A DNA stretch of 63,820 nucleotides, counting the filler, from Sphaerodactylus townsendi (Eukaryota): NCBI RefSeq assembly GCF_021028975.2. It is 3 parts of 3 records of this genome, joined end to end, with 100 filler letters (N's around TTAATTAATTAA, not from the genome) between each part and the next. Parts side by side here need not be neighbours in the genome. Positions count along the whole stretch, not along the records: positions 46,318 to 63,820 come from NC_059439.1; 2 more parts are not named here. One strand, written 5' to 3'. The notes under the pieces were generated by a model. That model was not told the origin of the DNA. It did no database searches and was given only the letters and a program-made list of their open reading frames with translations. Of the stretch, positions 63,269 to 63,820 are shown piece by piece. Each line of letters opens with the position of its first letter. The stretch's first letter is position 1. The position numbers were made by a program, and so were the translations under genes.

Positions 63269-63559
63269 GTGGGCGCTGGAAGGCAGGGAGGAGGCATTTC
63301 CCTGGCTGTGTCCCAGTCGGAGATCTTCTCTGGCCGCCAACCCACCAGGGACTCACTTGAGCAATAAGGACTCACTAATTCTGGAATCTGGTGCTGAGGC
63401 CTCCGGAAGAGGCTGGCAGGAGCTGTCCGCAGGACTTAAAGCAGCATCATGTTGCCAGCACATTTTGTTGGGAGGGCACACGGTTTTGAATTAAACAGAG
63501 GTATTGGCGGGTTGCAGGAGCTTGGTGAGGCACAGACATGACGCGTGTTTTCTCTGCAG

Positions 63560-63616
63560 AACGAAAGTCCTCCTTGCGTTGACGAAATGGACACATCTGA
63601 ACAAGGTTCCGAGTCT
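63560..63616 (+). CDS. KIF4A: KIF4A coding exon 13 (gene continues past the window)
   Basis: tctctgcag|NESPPCVDEMDTSEQGSES|gtgagt; 57 nt, phase 0 fits. Confidence 0.8.
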
Positions 63617-63820
63617 GTGAGTAAAAGCTGAGTTCGATGTATCAATAGATACGGATAACCTTTAATGGCATAAGTTACAGAAATTAAAATAGAATACAAA
63701 CATTTAAAAATAAAGTGCAAAACAAAATTAAGATTGCTTGTTCATGACTGTGCATAAAAACCTGGCCGTTCAGTGGTGGTGAACCTTTGGCACTCCAGAT
63801 ATTATGGACTACAATTCCCA

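Overview
Vertebrate (squamate reptile, probably gecko; inferred from repeat families and gene sequences) genomic DNA made of three unrelated contigs. They are joined by artificial 100-bp spacers (44 N + TTAATTAATTAA + 44 N) at 16230-16329 and 46218-46317. Contig 1 (1-16229): repeat-rich, no recognisable protein-coding exon, with a CpG-island promoter at about 7860-8680 that has outward-facing splice donors. Contig 2 (16330-46217): complete CYB561D2 (- strand; join 24991-24865, 23232-23195, 22872-22369; 222 aa), head-to-head with the first 7 coding exons of NPRL2 (+ strand, 33979-45899, cut by the spacer). Contig 3 (46318-63820): PDZD11 (- strand, 3' part cut by the spacer) head-to-head with the first 13 coding exons of KIF4A (+ strand, 53072-63616), sharing a CCAAT/CRE/CDE-CHR promoter. 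The rest is mostly transposon debris: hAT, Tc2-like and PIF-like MITEs, tRNA-derived SINEs, and RTE/CR1/L2/R4-like and Penelope-like fragments. I see no convincing wholly new biological system. The best leads are a 93-bp TSD-flanked insert that is essentially a minimal hammerhead ribozyme, a KIF4A exon lacking its AG acceptor (with an in-frame upstream rescue AG), a spliced open frame overlapping the CYB561D2 start, and an unidentified bidirectional, apparently non-coding locus. Gene and repeat-family identities are from recalled sequences and motifs; no searches were run.
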